From contig NC_047071.1 of NCBI RefSeq assembly GCF_902459465.1, positions 7,626,001 to 7,690,000 on the forward strand: DNA of 64,000 bases. Reading direction: 5' to 3'. The DNA is from Asterias rubens. Its lineage: Eukaryota. Below the pieces are notes generated by a model. It saw nothing but the letters and a program-made list of their open reading frames with translations, was not told the origin of the DNA and did no database searches. Shown piece by piece: positions 61,044 to 64,000 of the stretch. The stretch's first letter is position 1. Every line of letters starts with the position of its first letter. The position numbers and the translations under genes are program-made.

Positions 61044-61947
61044 CAGCCCTGATACTTCACGACGGCAACGACGGCAATTGCCGTCGTTGCCCCTACCGAT
61101 TGCCGCAATGCCCTTCAAAAACCGTGATTGCCGTGCCCTTTTCTCATCATTGCCGCCGTGCCCTTCCTCCCGAAAACAAATTATATTCAACGTTGTCAAA
61201 GTTCGAAAATAAGCCAAAAAGTCCCGATGTCTGTGTAAATTTCACGCAACGAAATAGACCCCAATTTCACGCACGTAAGGCACAACAGCAGATTTCAGGC
61301 CTGTTAGTCGTTGTTCTTTGCGTGCGACAAAAAAATACTTGAAACATCGAACGCTAGAGGGCGTTTCGGAACAAAGCGATAGCGTGAGATTAAACGCCCT
61401 CTAGTGGTAAAATTACGCGAACCAACGCTAAACGCCTTGAGACAAAGACTCGACGTGTCTGTGCATGCTGGGATAGTGGTTTTCCCCATGCTTGGTACAT
61501 GTGATGTACCATCATGTACAGCATAGTCGTCGCGCACCGCATGGATTTATTCTGTCAACATCGTGTCAAAATGGAGCAGTTACGTGGGAATTTTAGCGTC
61601 TCTACGAAAAACTACACAACGTGCATGACCAATAGTAGGATTACGTATGAACAAAAATTATTTATTGTGTATTGTAAGTAGTTGTTCTTTATTTTGTTGA
61701 ATTAGATGAATGCTTTCTTTTTTCATTGGGTAACAGTTAGAAAATGGAAAAATTGGAAGAACTATTTTTGATTTTTTACAGGCAACTCGGAGGTTTTTTT
61801 TCAAACTGCCGTCGTGCCCTTCGCAACTTTTTATGATTGCCGTGATGCCCTTCCAAATTTTTGAAAATTGCCTTGGTGCCCTAAATTTTTACAAAAAGTC
61901 AAGGCAAAACTGCCGTGCCCCTAATAAAAGCCGAAGTATCAGGGCTG
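61044..61947. mobile_element. Non-autonomous DNA transposon (hAT-like ends), 904 bp
   Basis: 15-bp TIR CAGCCCTGATACTTC / GAAGTATCAGGGCTG, GGAAGT direct repeat on both flanks, subterminal TTGCCGT(G)NCCC repeats at both ends. Confidence 0.8.
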
Positions 61948-61975
61948 GGAAGTATTCATTGGTTCATTACAATAC

Positions 61976-62094
61976 CTGTTGCTTGTAGTGTTGCTGTTGG
62001 ATGTTCTATTCTCTCTTCCAGGTAACCTGTCTGGTATATGAGTCTCAATATGCTGAACATGACGACACATCTCTTCAATATGCGCTTTAAGAGT
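61976..62094 (-). CDS. SKA1: SKA1 exon (TLKAHIEEMCRHVQHIETHIPDRLPGRENRTSNSNTTSN)
   Basis: Acceptor ttttgtttcAG phase 0, donor AG|GTATTG phase 2. HIETHIPDRLP parallels HLKENVPSHLP. Confidence 0.88.
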
Positions 62095-62287
62095 CTGAAA
62101 CAAAAGACAACACATCAATATTGATCAATCTAGATTCCTTAGATTTCTTTGGTTGGATATCATTTTGGAACAGGGGTGTTTCTTGTATACATGTACATTT
62201 ATAATACATGTAACATGTACTTGAAAGTGTACAATTTTCTTGGAATGCAACAGTCTAAAACCAGTGATTTCCAGGTATAGATTATAA

Positions 62288-62545
62288 GATGGCGTGTCAT
62301 GGCCTAGCATTTAAAGCACTAGATTCAAACTCTGATCAGCAGAGGGTTCAAGACCAAGTCGTAACACCTGTGTCCTTGAGCAAGACACTTAACCATTGCT
62401 TCGTCCTTCGGATGGCACGTAAAGCCATTGGTCCTGTATGTTGTGTACCGCACAAAAAAGAACCCAGTGCACTTTTTAAAGAAAAGGGGTTCGCCCAGGT
62501 GTTCCTGGTTTGATTGCGGCATATTGCTCCACAGCACCTTGTTAT
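62288..62545 (+). mobile_element. tRNA-derived SINE with Deu-domain-like body
   Basis: A/B boxes, GTGTCCTTGAGCAAGACACTTAACC, then CCTTCGGATGGCACGTAAAGCC...AAAAGAACCCAGTGCACTT...GGGGTTCGCCCAGGTGTTCCTGG. Confidence 0.65.
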
Positions 62546-62576
62546 ACAATAAAGGAGGAGTAGGTCTCATAATATA

Positions 62577-62627
62577 AACAAAAATTAAGTTGTCTTATTA
62601 AATTAGTAAGACAACTTAATTTTTGTT
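62577..62627. repeat. Perfect 21-bp inverted repeat with 9-nt loop
   Basis: AACAAAAATTAAGTTGTCTTA and TAAGACAACTTAATTTTTGTT. Confidence 0.95.
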
Positions 62628-62797
62628 CATGCAGAACTGTTCCATTTGTTTTCTATCTTATTCTTGCAACTATTCTGGTAAGTTATCAATTCCTAAATAC
62701 ATTTGTCACTCTCTAAACTAAAAATTGTGATGTGCAGGCAAAGTGCTGTGTACAAACCAGTGCATATTGAATGAGATTCATCGCTTTATGAAAACAC

Positions 62798-63181
62798 TTA
62801 AAGGCAGTGGACACTATTGGTAATTGTCAAAGCCCAGCCTTCACAGTTGGTGTATCTCAACATATGCATGAAATAACAAACCTGTGAAAATTTGAGCTCA
62901 ATCAGTCAGTGAAGTTGCGAGATAATAATGAAAGAAAAAACACCCTTGTCACACGAAGTTGTGTGCGTTGACATGGTTGATTTCGAGACCTCAAGTTCTA
63001 AATCTGAGGTCTCGAAATCAAATTCGTTGAAAATTACTTCTTTCTCTAAAACTATGGCACAAGTTTCTCACAATGTTTTATACTACCATCATTATCAACC
63101 TCTCCCCATTACTTGTTACCAAGTAAGGTTTTATGCCAATAATTATTTTTAGTAATTCCCAATAGTGTCCACTGCCTTTAA
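62798..63181 (+). mobile_element. Family A MITE, intact ends
   Basis: Both TIRs and TTAA on both sides. Confidence 0.95.
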
Positions 63182-63539
63182 CTTAAATAGGTCATCAGGT
63201 ACAGTTATTTCATTTCAATGGATAAGATGGCAAATCTTGATTTGTCACTTTGCGAAAACGCAAAAATGGCAAATTAAGCACATGTTGATCATGCTAATTG
63301 GTAGAATTACCAAACCATTATCCATGTGTTACTTGTAGGTCTTGAAATTAGTTTAGGGTTGATGAAAGAAAAATTGACAAGAGTAGGACTCAAACCGAGC
63401 TATCTAGCCAGGGCCGTCTCCCTACTTTGTCAACATATTGTATTGAAATTGGCTGAAAATATTAACATCAATTGAATTGCAAAGTTAATGGCACATTGTG
63501 AAACAGTTCCTTCCCTGTGAAACCTGATTCCCTTTCCTT

Positions 63540-63907
63540 TTAAAGGAACACGTTGCCTTGGAACGGTCGAGTTGGCCTTTAAAAAGCGTTCGTAAACATT
63601 TGTTATAAAATGCATATGGGTAGAAAGATGCTGTAAAAGTGAAATACAATGATCCCCACTAACATGCCTCGAAATTGCAGTTTTCCTTTTACCTCGTCGG
63701 CTAACACGGTTGGCCATATTTATGGTCGACCGTGTTAGTTCGCAAAGTAAAAGGAAAATCATGCAAATTCAAGGAAAACTTTTGGGGATCATTGTATTTT
63801 ACTTGTAATACATGTACATCTTTCCAACCATATATGCATTTTATAACAAATGGTTACAAACACTTTTTATAGACCAACTCGTCCGATCCAAGGCAACGTG
63901 TTCCTTG
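63540..63907. mobile_element. Family B foldback MITE
   Basis: TTAA-AGGAACACGTTGCCTTGG ... CCAAGGCAACGTGTTCCT-TGAA. Confidence 0.9.
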
Positions 63908-63935
63908 AACATCACCTATTGGTATTTATTGTTAC

Positions 63936-64000
63936 CTTTGTTCTCTGAAACTGATCTTTCTCATACTGAATCAGTTCTCTCATTTGCCCAACGACTGACT
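63936..64000 (-). CDS. SKA1: SKA1 exon, partial (SVVGQMRELIQYEKDQFQRTK), continues beyond the window
   Basis: Phase-0 donor AAG|GTAACA joins in frame to the exon ending at 62094. Coiled-coil-like, LIQYE parallels EIQYQ. Confidence 0.8.

Noticed and set aside
6055-63152. Recurrent ORFs MVDFETSSSKSEVSK... and ...RGSRFSQCF
   Set aside because: All fall inside family A MITE copies. Short, frame-variable and with no transposase motifs.

Overview
AT-rich eukaryotic (animal) genomic DNA with spliced genes and dense MITE/SINE content. A marine invertebrate deuterostome, probably a sea star, is my inference from the proteins and repeat style and is not demonstrable here. I assembled three loci by hand from splice sites and reading-frame phases. 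(1) An unannotated-looking 5-exon gene on + (1944-7645) encodes a 156-aa secreted ML-domain protein (MD-2/MD-1/GM2A/NPC2 superfamily). It is invisible in the ORF track, has one GC-AG intron, and carries an exact NF-kB site next to a C/EBP-type site about 140-160 bp upstream of its ATG. The last exon of a tandem paralogue lies at 456-548. (2) An 8-exon NR2E3/PNR photoreceptor-type nuclear receptor on + (30146-51399, 418 aa) follows about 22 kb of gene-free DNA. It has a perfect P3/K50 homeodomain palindrome in intron 1 and a 26-bp minisatellite with a 17-unit higher-order repeat between its zinc-finger exons. (3) The last five exons of SKA1 lie on - (58059 to beyond 64000), convergent with NR2E3. 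The rest is mostly TTAA-flanked Kolobok/T2-like MITEs of several families, Harbinger- and hAT-like MITEs, a Helentron-like element, and tRNA-derived SINEs. Most ORF-track entries are repeat-derived or chance.
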